64,000 nt of DNA from Bacteroidia bacterium (GCA_965279035.1 OZ257142.1:992001-1056000); one strand, 5' to 3'; counted from the stretch's first letter, positions 48,378 through 59,381 are shown. Translations and numbers: made by a program. Notes: generated by a model not told the origin, from the sequence alone.

Positions 48378-49229
48378 ATGAAAAAGTTGCTGTTTCTTTC
48401 TTGCATTTTTATTTTATCTACACTAATGAGTTGTGATAAAATAGATGCACCATATGGAACAAAAGGCACTAATCCAACTCCAAGTGATACGGAAGTTGTC
48501 ATGAGGAAAATTCTCATTGAAGATTTTACTGGACATTATTGCGGAAATTGTCCTCGTGCAGCAAGAACCTTAAGCCAAATTCATGATTTGTACGGTGATA
48601 AAATTGTTGCCATGGCAGCCCATGTGAGTGAACAATTTGCGGCACCTGCAGGAGTTCATTATCCCGAAGATTATCGAACTGAAACAGGCAATGAACTAGA
48701 CTCTTATTTTGGAAATTCTGCTGCAGGTTTACCAAATGGATTGGTTAATAGAAAACAATTTGATGGTCAAACAATCGTTCAATATACTGCTTGGGCATCA
48801 AAAGCTACTGAATTATTGGCTATTCCTGCGGATGCATTTATGTGGATTACTCCCAATTACACATCTTCAAATCGATCTTTATCTCTATCCGTTAAAACAA
48901 AAATTCTTCAAAACATTGAAGAAAGTCTAAGCTTAGCTATTTACCTCACCGAAGACAGCATAATTAGTGCTCAAAAGGATTATGATCAAACTCCTGATCC
49001 ATTAATTCCCAATTACGTTCATCGTCATATGTTACGAGGAAATATCAATGGAACTTGGGGTACTCTTCTGAGCGCTGCTTCTACTTTTGGAACTGGAGAA
49101 GAATTTACTACAACTGGTTCTATATCTATTCCAGCCGAATGGAATGATGAACATGTTTCAATAGTAACAGTACTTTATCGTACAGCAACCAAAGAAGTGG
49201 TTCAAGCGGAAGACAAAAAAATTAAGTAA
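48378..49229 (+). CDS. Omp28-family lipoprotein with CxxC; start ATG 48378
   Basis: Lipobox LMS-C; LIEDFTGHYCGNCP; YLTEDS, YVHRHMLR. Confidence 0.85.
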   Translation: MKKLLFLSCIFILSTLMSCDKIDAPYGTKGTNPTPSDTEVVMRKILIEDFTGHYCGNCPRAARTLSQIHDLYGDKIVAMAAHVSEQFAAPAGVHYPEDYRTETGNELDSYFGNSAAGLPNGLVNRKQFDGQTIVQYTAWASKATELLAIPADAFMWITPNYTSSNRSLSLSVKTKILQNIEESLSLAIYLTEDSIISAQKDYDQTPDPLIPNYVHRHMLRGNINGTWGTLLSAASTFGTGEEFTTTGSISIPAEWNDEHVSIVTVLYRTATKEVVQAEDKKIK

Positions 49230-49233
49230 GACC

Positions 49234-49863
49234 ATGTGTAATCGTTTTATTTCACGAAGCATATTCTTTCTTATACTCTTCATTGGTTTTAATAATTCTT
49301 CCTGGGCTCAGAAATTTCAAGGTGGATTGATTGGTGGAATTAATACGAGTCAAATTACAGGTGATGATCTTGCAGGTTATAATAAATTGAGTTTGACTTT
49401 TGGGGCTTTTGTTAGTACAAAACTCGGAGAAAAATCTTCACTCCAATTTGAAATTACCTACTTGGGAAAAGGAAGTCACAAGAACCTAAGTCCGAAAGAT
49501 TCAGTCCCTACTTTATATCTACTTAGGCTTCACTATATTGAAGTTCCTCTTATTTTTAAATATAAATTAAAACCAAAACTTGAATTTGAAACAGGACCTT
49601 CACTAGGTGTTTTTTTTGGAAGTAGGGAAGAGGATTTATATGGTGATATGAGCGGAAATTATTCTTCTCGTGAACAATTTAAGCCTTTTGACCTTTCTTT
49701 TACAATTGGAGGTTCTTGGATCATAAATGAGAAATGGTCATTTAATGTTCGGTCAGCCAATAGTATTTTCCCTGTTCGAAATCATGATCAGAATACAAGC
49801 TATCGTCTTAATAAAGGGCAATATACCTCTAGTATTATGGGACGATTTCTCTATAACTTTTAG
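49234..49863 (+). CDS. Small outer-membrane beta-barrel (PorT-like family)
   Basis: GGINTSQ, EITYLGKG, LHYIEVPL; terminal F. Confidence 0.75.
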   Translation: MCNRFISRSIFFLILFIGFNNSSWAQKFQGGLIGGINTSQITGDDLAGYNKLSLTFGAFVSTKLGEKSSLQFEITYLGKGSHKNLSPKDSVPTLYLLRLHYIEVPLIFKYKLKPKLEFETGPSLGVFFGSREEDLYGDMSGNYSSREQFKPFDLSFTIGGSWIINEKWSFNVRSANSIFPVRNHDQNTSYRLNKGQYTSSIMGRFLYNF

Positions 49864-49866
49864 TCA

Positions 49867-50439
49867 ATGAGAAAAATAAAAGTCGCTATTGCTGTTACTG
49901 GAGCGAGCGGATCTATATATGCCCAAGTATTATTTAATAAAATAAAATCACTCGAGGATCAAATACAGGAAGTAAGTGTCGTCTTTTCTTCCAATGCAAA
50001 GGATGTTTGGGAACATGAATTAGGAAATACGTCTTTTCTAGATTTACCTTTTAAACAATATGGGAAAGATGATTTCTTTTCACCCATTGCATCTGGTTCT
50101 GCTCAGTATGATGTTTTGATTATATGTCCTTGCTCCATGGGAACTCTTGGTAGAATTGCAAATGGATTCTCCGATGATCTTACAACACGTGCTGCTGATG
50201 TGATGTTAAAAGAAAGGAAAAAGCTCATTCTTGTAGTTCGTGATACTCCCTATAACTTAATTCATTTAAAGAATATGACAGCTTTAACCGAAGCTGGTGG
50301 TATTATTTGTCCAGCTAGTCCATCATTCTATAGTAAGCCAACTACATTTGAAGCATTAGCAACTACCGTTATAGATCGTGTTATTGATTTAGCTGGATTT
50401 GAACAAGAGAACACATATCGTTGGGGAACACAAGATTAA
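49867..50439 (+). CDS. ubiX: Flavin prenyltransferase
   Basis: VTGASG, ASGS, PCSMGTL, RAADVMLKE, PSFY. Confidence 0.92.
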   Translation: MRKIKVAIAVTGASGSIYAQVLFNKIKSLEDQIQEVSVVFSSNAKDVWEHELGNTSFLDLPFKQYGKDDFFSPIASGSAQYDVLIICPCSMGTLGRIANGFSDDLTTRAADVMLKERKKLILVVRDTPYNLIHLKNMTALTEAGGIICPASPSFYSKPTTFEALATTVIDRVIDLAGFEQENTYRWGTQD

Positions 50440-50449
50440 ATCCAAATCC

Positions 50450-51391
50450 TTAGTCGTACTTTATAAATTCAATATTCCTTTTTAATCCCTTGAAACCGGT
50501 TCTTTTTACAGCCGATTTATTAAATATTTTTCCAAATGTTTCTAGGGTGATTTCTTCCCAGTCTTTTCTTTTCAACTTTAGAAGATCTCCAGTAGGTTTA
50601 AAAGAGTCTTCTTGATGTGGTTTTGAAAAGCGATTCCAAGGACAAACTTGTTGGCAAACATCGCATCCAAATGCCCAATCATCAAAATGCCCTTTCCATT
50701 CAATTGGAATCTGTTCTTTTAATTCTATTGTAAAGTAGGATATACATTTACTCCCATCAACTACATATGGTTTTATTATGGCTTCAGTTGGACACGCATC
50801 AATACAACGTGAGCAATTACCACAATAATCTTTGATTGGACCATCAGGACTTAATTCAAGGTCAATAATTAATTCAGCAATAAAGAAGAATGACCCTTGT
50901 TGTTTATTGATGAGGTTTGAATTTTTTCCAACCCAACCCAATCCACTACGTTCTGCCCATGCTTTATCCATAACAGGAGCTGAGTCAACGAAGACTCGTC
51001 CATCAACCTCTCCAATCTTTGTCCGAATTAATTCTAAAAACTGGAAGAGCTTTCTTTTGATAACATCGTGATAATCTTCACCATAAGCATACATTGAAAT
51101 TTTGGGTGAAGTAGCATCCTCTTGTATTGATTCTGTATAATAGTTTAATAAAAGTGAAATAACCGATTTTGCTCCAGGAACTAAAACTCGTGGATCAATG
51201 CGTTTCTCAAAATGATTCGCCATATAACTCATATGGCCATTCATCCCTTTGTTAAGCCAATCTTCTAAATGATGAGCTTCTTTTTCTAACTTTTCTGCTT
51301 TTGAAATACCACAAAAATCAAATCCCAACTCTTTAGCAATTTGCTTTATTTCATTTGAATTTTTCTGATTTACAAAATCGGTAGTTGTCAA
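50450..51391 (-). CDS. queG: tRNA epoxyqueuosine reductase
   Basis: [42 protein letters not shown]. Confidence 0.95.
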   Translation of the reverse strand: MTTTDFVNQKNSNEIKQIAKELGFDFCGISKAEKLEKEAHHLEDWLNKGMNGHMSYMANHFEKRIDPRVLVPGAKSVISLLLNYYTESIQEDATSPKISMYAYGEDYHDVIKRKLFQFLELIRTKIGEVDGRVFVDSAPVMDKAWAERSGLGWVGKNSNLINKQQGSFFFIAELIIDLELSPDGPIKDYCGNCSRCIDACPTEAIIKPYVVDGSKCISYFTIELKEQIPIEWKGHFDDWAFGCDVCQQVCPWNRFSKPHQEDSFKPTGDLLKLKRKDWEEITLETFGKIFNKSAVKRTGFKGLKRNIEFIKYD

Positions 51392-51412
51392 CGATAGAAC
51401 TAATTAAATTAA

Positions 51413-52441
51413 TTAATCTTCAAAAAGGCCACCTTGTTTTCTAAAACGGCTCATTCCAAGATGTTTGTAAGCAAGTTCTGTAACTTCTCTACCTCTTGAT
51501 GTTCGAACAATAAATCCCTCTTGTATTAAAAAAGGTTCATACACTTCTTCAATCGTTTCAGCATCTTCTCCACATGCAGTTGCAATATTTGTAACACCAA
51601 CTGGTCCACCTTTGAACTTTTGAATTATCGTACTCAATATGCGATTATCCATTTCATCCAAACCATATTTGTCTACATTAAGCGCATCTAAAGCAATAGT
51701 AGTTATATCGAGTGTAATGGTTCCATTTCCTTTAACCATGGCAAAATCTCTCACTCTTCGTAATAGTGCATTGGCTATACGTGGAGTTCCTCGACTTCTA
51801 CCAGCAATTTCTTTAGCGGCTTCATTTACAATAGGAATATTTAATATGCCTGCTGCTCGTTTTACAATATTGGTTAAAAGGTTTGCATCGTAATAACTCA
51901 ATCTTGAATTAATTCCAAATCGCGCTCTTAAAGGAGCAGTTAATAATCCAGATCGTGTTGTAGCTCCTATTAAAGTAAAAGGATTTAAGCTTAATTGAAT
52001 AGAACGAGCATTCGGCCCGGTTTCAATCATAATATCGATTTTAAAATCCTCCATTGCCGAATACAAATACTCTTCAATAACAGGACTTAATCGGTGAATC
52101 TCATCGATAAACAATACATCGTGAGCTTCAAGATTTGTTAATAATCCAGCAAGATCTCCGGGTTTATCTAAAACAGGTCCTGAAGTTACTTTGAACCCAA
52201 CTCCTAGTTCGTTAGCAATGATATTTGCTAGTGTAGTTTTTCCTAATCCAGGAGGGCCATGAAGCAAAACATGATCTAATGCATCATCTCGCATTCTCGC
52301 CGCCTCAACAAAGACTTTTAAATTTTCTAGAATTTGAGCTTGTCCTGTAAAATCTTCAAAACTAGCTGGTCGCAAAACCTTTTCGATTTCACGATCTTTT
52401 GAATTTAATTGGCTTAAATCAGGATTTAAGTTAGGATTCAT
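51413..52441 (-). CDS. ruvB: Holliday junction branch-migration ATPase; start ATG 52441
   Basis: [32 protein letters not shown]. Confidence 0.97.
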   Translation of the reverse strand: MNPNLNPDLSQLNSKDREIEKVLRPASFEDFTGQAQILENLKVFVEAARMRDDALDHVLLHGPPGLGKTTLANIIANELGVGFKVTSGPVLDKPGDLAGLLTNLEAHDVLFIDEIHRLSPVIEEYLYSAMEDFKIDIMIETGPNARSIQLSLNPFTLIGATTRSGLLTAPLRARFGINSRLSYYDANLLTNIVKRAAGILNIPIVNEAAKEIAGRSRGTPRIANALLRRVRDFAMVKGNGTITLDITTIALDALNVDKYGLDEMDNRILSTIIQKFKGGPVGVTNIATACGEDAETIEEVYEPFLIQEGFIVRTSRGREVTELAYKHLGMSRFRKQGGLFED

Positions 52442-52470
52442 GTTATGAAGATAGCTTTTAAATCGGCCTA

Positions 52471-52504
52471 AAACACAAACGTCCCTCCGAATTGGAAGGA
52501 CGTT
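52471..52504 (-). terminator. Terminator of the act-cox operon
   Basis: AACGTCCTTCCA-ATT-CGGAGGGACGTT then TGTGTTTT on - strand. Confidence 0.65.
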
Positions 52505-52524
52505 CATTCAATATTTTTGAAGCA

Positions 52525-54366
52525 TTAATGTGCTCCTTCTGCTATTTCTTTTTCAGTGAGCGGGACTATTTGTGAAACAAAATCTTCCTCACGATCAGGT
52601 TTACTATAATCATATGCCCAACGATGTACTTCAGGAATTTCACCTGGCCAGTTACCATGCATATGCTCAACTGGGGTAGTCCATTCTAAGGTATTTGATC
52701 TCCAAGGATTTTGTGGTGATTTTTGTCCTTTGAAAATACTATAGAAGAAATTAAACAGGAAGATTAATTGTCCAACTGCAGCTAAAATAGCAAACCAAGT
52801 TACTAATACGTTGATATCTACAAGATCATTGAATAATGGAAACTCTGTATTTGAGTAGTAACGACGAGGAACACCTGCTAATCCTAAGAAGTGCATTGGG
52901 AAGAATACTCCGTAAGCTCCAACAAACGAAATCCAAAAGTGCAAATACCCTAATTTTTTATTCATCAGTTTACCAAACATTTTAGGAAACCAATGATATA
53001 CACCTGCAAACATACCGAAGATAGTTGCAGAGCCCATTACTAAGTGGAAGTGAGCTACAACAAAATAGGTATCATGCACATTAATATCTAATGCAGAGTC
53101 ACCCAAAATAATACCTGTAACTCCACCAGTAATGAAGAATGAAACTAAACCAATTGCGAAGAGCATACCTGGCGTAAATTTCAAATCACCTTTCCAAAGT
53201 GTTGTTATATAGTTAAACGCTTTTACAGCAGATGGAATCGCAACTAATAAGGTTGTGAATACGAAAACAGATCCTAGGAATGGATTCATTCCAGTTATAA
53301 ACATATGGTGTCCCCATACGATGAATGAAAGAAATGCAATTCCCAATATGGATGCAATCATTGCACGATATCCGAAAATTGGTTTACGTGCATTTGTCGC
53401 AATTACTTCTGATGTAATCCCTAAAGCAGGAAGCAATACGATGTATACTTCCGGATGGCCTAAAAACCAAAATAAGTGTTCATAAAGAACTGGACTTCCT
53501 CCATTGTATTCCAATGCTTGTCCACCAATATAAATATCACTTAAGTAAAAACTTGTTCCAAAACTACGGTCAAAAATTAGAAGCAATGCAGCAGCAAATA
53601 GAACAGGGAATGATAATACACCAAGAATAGCAGTTACAAGGAAAGCCCATATTGTTAGAGGAAGTCGTGTCATTGACATTCCCTTAGTACGTAGGTTGAT
53701 GATTGTAACAATGTAATTTAAAGATCCTAATAATGAGGAAACAATAAACACAGCCATAGATACTAACCACAAAGTCATTCCTAGACCAGATCCTGGCATA
53801 GCTTGAGGCAATGCACTTAACGGTGGATAAACAGTCCAACCTCCTGAAGCTGGTCCAGATTCAATAAATAATGAAATCATCATTATCGTTACTGAGGTAA
53901 AGAAGAACCAGTACGATAACATATTCAAGAATCCTGATGCCATATCGCGAGCACCAACTTGAAGTGGAATTAGCAAATTCGAGAATGTACCACTTAATCC
54001 GCCTGTCAATACAAAGAATACCATGATAGTACCATGGATTGTAACTAAAGCGAGGTAAAAATTTGGATCCAATACACCACCTGGAGCCCATTTCCCTAAG
54101 AGTGGTTCCAAGATAGGAAAGCTTCTTCCTGGCCATGCAAGCTGCAAGCGAAATACAATAGACATAAGCATTGCTAAAACTCCCATAAACACTGCTGTGA
54201 TTAGGAACTGTTTAGCGATCATCTTATGATCTTGGGAAAATATATATTTTGTTATGAACGTATCATGATGCTCATGTTCATGATCATCATGATGACCGTG
54301 ATCGGCATGGTGCGCAACAGTATGTGCGGCATGTGAGTCATTGTGTGTATGTTCCATTGCTGACAT
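52525..54366 (-). CDS. ctaD: Cytochrome c oxidase subunit I (A1 type)
   Basis: HGTIM, GWTVYPPL, GHPEVY, VWGHHM, HDTYFVVAHFH, PRRY. Confidence 0.96.
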   Translation of the reverse strand: MSAMEHTHNDSHAAHTVAHHADHGHHDDHEHEHHDTFITKYIFSQDHKMIAKQFLITAVFMGVLAMLMSIVFRLQLAWPGRSFPILEPLLGKWAPGGVLDPNFYLALVTIHGTIMVFFVLTGGLSGTFSNLLIPLQVGARDMASGFLNMLSYWFFFTSVTIMMISLFIESGPASGGWTVYPPLSALPQAMPGSGLGMTLWLVSMAVFIVSSLLGSLNYIVTIINLRTKGMSMTRLPLTIWAFLVTAILGVLSFPVLFAAALLLIFDRSFGTSFYLSDIYIGGQALEYNGGSPVLYEHLFWFLGHPEVYIVLLPALGITSEVIATNARKPIFGYRAMIASILGIAFLSFIVWGHHMFITGMNPFLGSVFVFTTLLVAIPSAVKAFNYITTLWKGDLKFTPGMLFAIGLVSFFITGGVTGIILGDSALDINVHDTYFVVAHFHLVMGSATIFGMFAGVYHWFPKMFGKLMNKKLGYLHFWISFVGAYGVFFPMHFLGLAGVPRRYYSNTEFPLFNDLVDINVLVTWFAILAAVGQLIFLFNFFYSIFKGQKSPQNPWRSNTLEWTTPVEHMHGNWPGEIPEVHRWAYDYSKPDREEDFVSQIVPLTEKEIAEGAH

Positions 54367-54399
54367 TTAGCTCTCCTTTAATCGTGTGATGAAACTTTA

Positions 54400-55473
54400 T
54401 CAGTGAATTTGCTTTTCTGAAGGAACAGCTAAAACTGCTGTTGACTCAGCTTTATTTAATGTATCTATTGATGTAGAAGCAGCTTGAGGAGCTGGTGCTG
54501 ATGTAGCTTGTTTCTGCATCCATGTTTTTTGTTCAGATAGCCATGTATTATATTCTTCTTGGCTTTCAACAATGATGTCCATTTGCATATTGTAATGCGC
54601 AGCTCCACAGATTTTATTACATAATAAAATGTAATTAAACTTCTCATTGTTTAATTTTTCTCGCATTTCTTTAGTTGAAATGGTAGGAGTAAATTCAAAC
54701 GAAGTTTCCATACCAGGAACACAATTCATTTGTGCTCTAAAATGTGGCATGTATGCACTATGAATAACATCACGAGAACGCATTGAGAAATGTACTGGCT
54801 TATCTTTCACTATATGAAATTCACCTTTCACAATAATATCATCATCTGCGTTAGGATCTTCAATCATTCCTAAATCATTTCCCTCACCAATTTTTCTGAA
54901 ATCTGATTTTCCAAGTGTATTGTCTTTTCCAGCATAACGAGCTGTCCAATCAAATTGCTTTGAATACAACTCAATAACAACAGCTTCTTTTGACCCTGCA
55001 TAAATTACATCACTCCAAACTGTTAAACCGTATGCAATTAATCCAGATAATACAATTGCTGGAATAACTGTCCAGATCATTTCTAGTTTATTACTATGTG
55101 CAAAATAAACAGCTCTACGCCCTTTTGTACTTGCGTTCTTATAGATTTGATAAACAAGTATGATGTGTGTTAAAACAAAAACAAAAGAAATAACTATCAG
55201 AGTAATATTAAATAAACCATCAATTTCAACGCCGTGGGCTGAAGCTGATTCTGGAAGTAATTTATCCTTGTACTTAATTACCTGCCATAAGCAGAATCCT
55301 AGGAATGCAAAAAGGAAAAGCACCCAAAGTGAAGCCTGATTTTTTCCTTCAGCTTCAGTGATCACATCATCTTTGCGGCCGCCTCGCAGCTCAGCAGAAA
55401 GATTGTAAATAGTCATCACTCGCGCGGCAGCGATCACAAACAATACTAGTACAGCCAGAACAAGAAGTGTCAT
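54400..55473 (-). CDS. ctaC: Cytochrome c oxidase subunit II
   Basis: LEMIWT, QFDW, DVIHS, CuA motif CNKICGAAHYNM. Confidence 0.93.
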   Translation of the reverse strand: MTLLVLAVLVLFVIAAARVMTIYNLSAELRGGRKDDVITEAEGKNQASLWVLFLFAFLGFCLWQVIKYKDKLLPESASAHGVEIDGLFNITLIVISFVFVLTHIILVYQIYKNASTKGRRAVYFAHSNKLEMIWTVIPAIVLSGLIAYGLTVWSDVIYAGSKEAVVIELYSKQFDWTARYAGKDNTLGKSDFRKIGEGNDLGMIEDPNADDDIIVKGEFHIVKDKPVHFSMRSRDVIHSAYMPHFRAQMNCVPGMETSFEFTPTISTKEMREKLNNEKFNYILLCNKICGAAHYNMQMDIIVESQEEYNTWLSEQKTWMQKQATSAPAPQAASTSIDTLNKAESTAVLAVPSEKQIH

Positions 55474-55503
55474 ATGGTTGATTTTCTGTTGATATAAATC
55501 GAA

Positions 55504-56703
55504 TTAAATATGATGATGAATGCTTTCTTGATAGAAAACGTGTGTTGTATTGGAAACTGGTCTGCTTGCAAGTTTACGAAGTACAACAAACCCGAATAAA
55601 CCAAGAAATCCTAACATTGTTCCAATTTCTACCCAGCCAAAATGCCAATGTTCTTTCATTGTTCCTGGCATGATCATCACAAAATTATCGCTCCAATGTC
55701 CAAATAGAATTACAATTCCTACAAAGAATAATAATTTGAAATTTCTTTTTGATCCACGTTTCATCAAAACCAAAAATGGAAAGAAGAAGTTCATGAATAA
55801 ATTGAGCATGAAAAGAAATTTATAGTTTGCAAAGCGATCCATGTAATAGGTTACTTCCTCTGGAATATTGGAATACCATATCAACATAAATTGAGATGTC
55901 CATAGATATGTCCAAAATATAGAGAATGCAAACATGAATTTTCCTAAATCATGAATGTGGTTGTCGGTAACCTCTGGTAGTAATCCTTTGCTTTTTAAAT
56001 GCAAAACAACAAGTGTAATCATTGTTAAGGCACTCACAAAGAATCCTGCAAATGTATACCAGCCGAATAATGTACTAAACCAATGTGTGTCAATCGACAT
56101 GATCCAATCCCATGCGGATGTAGATGACGTAACGGCAAAAAATACTAAGAACCAAGCAGCTAAACTTTGGCTACGCTTCCAATTTTTCACATCCACACTT
56201 TGAGCTTCAATTTCTGAGCGTTTCATAAATGCTCTTAGAAATAAAACCCAGCCTAGAAGATAAACTACAGTTCTGATTATGTAAAATGTAGGGTTTAGAA
56301 ATCCACTTTTCCCAGCAATTATTTCATCATAATGAGGATTTGCCTGACCATTTTCTAAGGTAGGATGATACAATTCAGGATCTGCCCAATGATAAATATG
56401 GTTGAAGTGCAGTGCAGATAAAGTAACAACAATGCCTAAAAAAACAGCACCATAAGGCAAATAACTCGCAATGGCTTCCATTGGACGTTTAACTACGGCC
56501 GACCATCCTGCTTCAGCAGCATATTGTATAGCCATAAAAAAGAGGGCTCCCAACGCAATGGCCATGAAGAAAAAAGAATTCAACAATAGGCTGGGCCATG
56601 CACGGTGTGAATCTGTAGCAAAGCCACCCACGATGCTGATTAGACCAATCGCCATCAGGATGAAACAGATATTCCGTGTTTTCGAAGAGAAGGTATAGTT
56701 CAT
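55504..56703 (-). CDS. actF: Alternative complex III subunit F
   Basis: Polytopic; DWIMS..HWFST, DLGK, QFMLIWYSNIPEE. Confidence 0.92.
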   Translation of the reverse strand: MNYTFSSKTRNICFILMAIGLISIVGGFATDSHRAWPSLLLNSFFFMAIALGALFFMAIQYAAEAGWSAVVKRPMEAIASYLPYGAVFLGIVVTLSALHFNHIYHWADPELYHPTLENGQANPHYDEIIAGKSGFLNPTFYIIRTVVYLLGWVLFLRAFMKRSEIEAQSVDVKNWKRSQSLAAWFLVFFAVTSSTSAWDWIMSIDTHWFSTLFGWYTFAGFFVSALTMITLVVLHLKSKGLLPEVTDNHIHDLGKFMFAFSIFWTYLWTSQFMLIWYSNIPEEVTYYMDRFANYKFLFMLNLFMNFFFPFLVLMKRGSKRNFKLLFFVGIVILFGHWSDNFVMIMPGTMKEHWHFGWVEIGTMLGFLGLFGFVVLRKLASRPVSNTTHVFYQESIHHHI

Positions 56704-56733
56704 TGTACCTGTATTAATCGTTAGCGTCAGGTT

Positions 56734-57417
56734 TTACTTCTTAACAGTTGGGTTTTCAGTAACTGCAGTTGGAGCAGAAACTGGTGTAGCTGATACTGTT
56801 GTATCAGAAGGAGCGCTTTGGCCTAAACCATCAGCACGAAGTTTCTGAACCCAACGTATTACTTGCCAACGTTCGTTGTAATTGATTTGTGATGCATGTG
56901 ATCCCATCATGTTTTTACCATAATAGATCGTGTGATACATTTTGCCTTCAGGAAGATCTTTTAAAGTAGCCCCAAAATAAGAGGGAACTCCTGCAAATTT
57001 ATCTCTCTGAACTAGGATTCCATTTCCATCTCCTTTTTCACCATGACAATGAATACAGAAATTGGTATATACTTTTTCACCTTTTGCTAGTACTTCAGGT
57101 GAAGATTCGATAGGGTTTTTCAATCCAAGACCAGCAGCCTCATATCCCTCATTTGTATTTGGGTAAGCATAAGGCTCATAAAAAGGAAGTGTCTCATCAT
57201 TAAACCTTGGTATTGTTCCAAATACAGGTTTCCGTGAAGCCATACTGTCTCCAAAAACAGTATTAACTCCATATGCTTCTGAGGCTGGACCACGGTACAT
57301 ATCAGGAGCGTATTCAATTCCAGGACTCAAAGGATTATTTGAGCAGGAAGTTATTATCATGCTACCTAATAAAGTAGAAGATAAAAGTATCAGAATTGAT
57401 CGAGCGTTCTTGGTCAT
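56734..57417 (-). CDS. actE: Alternative complex III monoheme cytochrome c lipoprotein
   Basis: Lipobox ITS-C, PDMY, CIHCH, GKNMMGS. Confidence 0.92.
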   Translation of the reverse strand: MTKNARSILILLSSTLLGSMIITSCSNNPLSPGIEYAPDMYRGPASEAYGVNTVFGDSMASRKPVFGTIPRFNDETLPFYEPYAYPNTNEGYEAAGLGLKNPIESSPEVLAKGEKVYTNFCIHCHGEKGDGNGILVQRDKFAGVPSYFGATLKDLPEGKMYHTIYYGKNMMGSHASQINYNERWQVIRWVQKLRADGLGQSAPSDTTVSATPVSAPTAVTENPTVKK

Positions 57418-57429
57418 TTCGAAACCTCC

Positions 57430-57966
57430 TTATTTAAGGTCTTTTTGATTGATTTCTATCGCACCTGTACTGCGCAGTGTAGTTAAAATCTCGTCTTCAG
57501 AAATACGTTTGTTTTCAGAAGATTGAATTTCCATAATGAATTTATCATCCGTAGAACGGAGATCTGGATTATGAGGCTTGCGTCCTGGATATAATTTGTT
57601 AACCAGTAAATAGCTCAAAACCATTCCATGAGCAGCACAAAAAACGGTCAGCTCAAAAGTAACTGGAATAAAAGCAGGCATGTTTTCAATCCAACTAAAA
57701 TTAGGTTTACCCCCAATATTCATTGGCCAATCTGAAATTAACATGTACCAAGTCATCCATATAGCTGCTGATGTTCCAAACATTCCATAAAAGAATGCAG
57801 CATTAGATAAACGAGTTGGTTTTATTCCAATAACAGGATCTATTCCATGAATTGGAAATGGAGAAAATACATCCTTGATGCGGACTCCTTTACTACGTAA
57901 TGCTTTCGCACTCGTCATAAGCACTTCCTCATCATCAAATACTCCGTAGATTACTTTATTGCTCAT
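57430..57966 (-). CDS. actD: Alternative complex III subunit D (DUF3341)
   Basis: SPFPIHG, DWPMNIGGKP, FELTV. Confidence 0.92.
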   Translation of the reverse strand: MSNKVIYGVFDDEEVLMTSAKALRSKGVRIKDVFSPFPIHGIDPVIGIKPTRLSNAAFFYGMFGTSAAIWMTWYMLISDWPMNIGGKPNFSWIENMPAFIPVTFELTVFCAAHGMVLSYLLVNKLYPGRKPHNPDLRSTDDKFIMEIQSSENKRISEDEILTTLRSTGAIEINQKDLK

Positions 57967-57975
57967 AACGGATTT

Positions 57976-59355
57976 TTAGTGGTGCGGTTGTTTAGGGTTT
58001 TCGCTTGTCGTCTTTAATATAGTCTTCAATTCACTCAATGCTATTACTGGGAATGTGCGAGAGAATAGTAAGAAACAAGTAAAGAAAATTCCAATAGTTC
58101 CAATGAAGATACCTACATCGACAAATGTTGGATGGAACATAGTCCAACTTGATGGAAGATAATCACGGTGTAATGAAGTAACAATAATCACAAATCGTTC
58201 AAACCACATCCCAATATTCACGAATATTGAAATGATGAAAGTTGCAACCAAACTGGTTCTGATTTTCTTAAACCAAAAAAGTTGAGGTGTAATTACGTTG
58301 CATGTCATCATTGACCAATAAGACCACCAATAAGGCCCTGTTGCTCTATTTAAGAAAGCGTACTGCTCATACTCAACTCCCGAATACCATGAAGTGAAAA
58401 GTTCTGTTAAATAGGCTACACCTACAATTGAACCAGTTACTATGATGATTTTATTCATCAATTCAATGTGCTGAATTGTAATATAATCCTCAAGATGCAA
58501 AACCTTTCGCATGATGATCAACAAAGTCAAAACCATCGCGAAACCAGAGAAAATCGCACCTGCTACGAAATAAGGAGGAAAGATAGTTGTATGCCATCCA
58601 GGAATTACTGAAGTAGCAAAGTCCATTGATACAATAGTATGAACCGAAAGTACGAGTGGTGTAGAAAGTCCTGCTAGTACTAGTGAAACTTCTTCAAAAC
58701 GTGACCATTGTTTTGCAGATCCACTCCATCCAAAACTTAAAATGTTGTAAATCTTTCTCATTCTTGGTTTCATTTGACGATCTCGTACAGTTGCGAAATC
58801 GGGAATTAAACCTGTATACCAAAATACTAGAGAAACAGTAAAGTATGTTGAGATGGCAAATACGTCCCAAAGTAATGGAGAGTTAAAATTCACCCACAAA
58901 GAACCGAATTGATTTGGCAAAGGAAATACCCAATAGGCTACCCAAACACGTCCCATGTGCATTACAGGAAACAATGCTGCACAGATTACCGCAAAAATGG
59001 TCATTGCTTCTGCCGAACGATTAATTGACATTCTCCAACGTTGACGGAATAAGAGGAGAACAGCCGAAATCAAAGTTCCAGCGTGACCAATACCTACCCA
59101 CCATACGAAGTTGGTGATATCCCAAGCCCAACCTACAGATTTATTATTTCCCCAAACACCAATACCAGTTCCAATAGTATAGGCAAAGCAACCTACTCCC
59201 CAAAGGGCTAATAGAATTGAAATGGTGAAGACTACCTTAAATAACTTGCTTGCTTTCCCTTCAATTGGGCGAGATATATCCTCAGAAATCTGATGATACG
59301 TTTTATTACCAAGTATAAGTGGTTGTCTTACTGTGGCTGTTGAATGATTTTCCAT
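57976..59355 (-). CDS. actC: Alternative complex III quinol-oxidising subunit (NrfD family)
   Basis: [38 protein letters not shown]. Confidence 0.95.
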   Translation of the reverse strand: MENHSTATVRQPLILGNKTYHQISEDISRPIEGKASKLFKVVFTISILLALWGVGCFAYTIGTGIGVWGNNKSVGWAWDITNFVWWVGIGHAGTLISAVLLLFRQRWRMSINRSAEAMTIFAVICAALFPVMHMGRVWVAYWVFPLPNQFGSLWVNFNSPLLWDVFAISTYFTVSLVFWYTGLIPDFATVRDRQMKPRMRKIYNILSFGWSGSAKQWSRFEEVSLVLAGLSTPLVLSVHTIVSMDFATSVIPGWHTTIFPPYFVAGAIFSGFAMVLTLLIIMRKVLHLEDYITIQHIELMNKIIIVTGSIVGVAYLTELFTSWYSGVEYEQYAFLNRATGPYWWSYWSMMTCNVITPQLFWFKKIRTSLVATFIISIFVNIGMWFERFVIIVTSLHRDYLPSSWTMFHPTFVDVGIFIGTIGIFFTCFLLFSRTFPVIALSELKTILKTTSENPKQPHH

Positions 59356-59381
59356 ATCGTCTCTATGCTAAAGCGAATGAA

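Noticed and set aside
49867-50439. ubiX as part of the thiol-relay system
   Set aside because: Cytoplasmic prFMN synthase with no mechanistic link and no ubiD in the window; likely only co-transcribed
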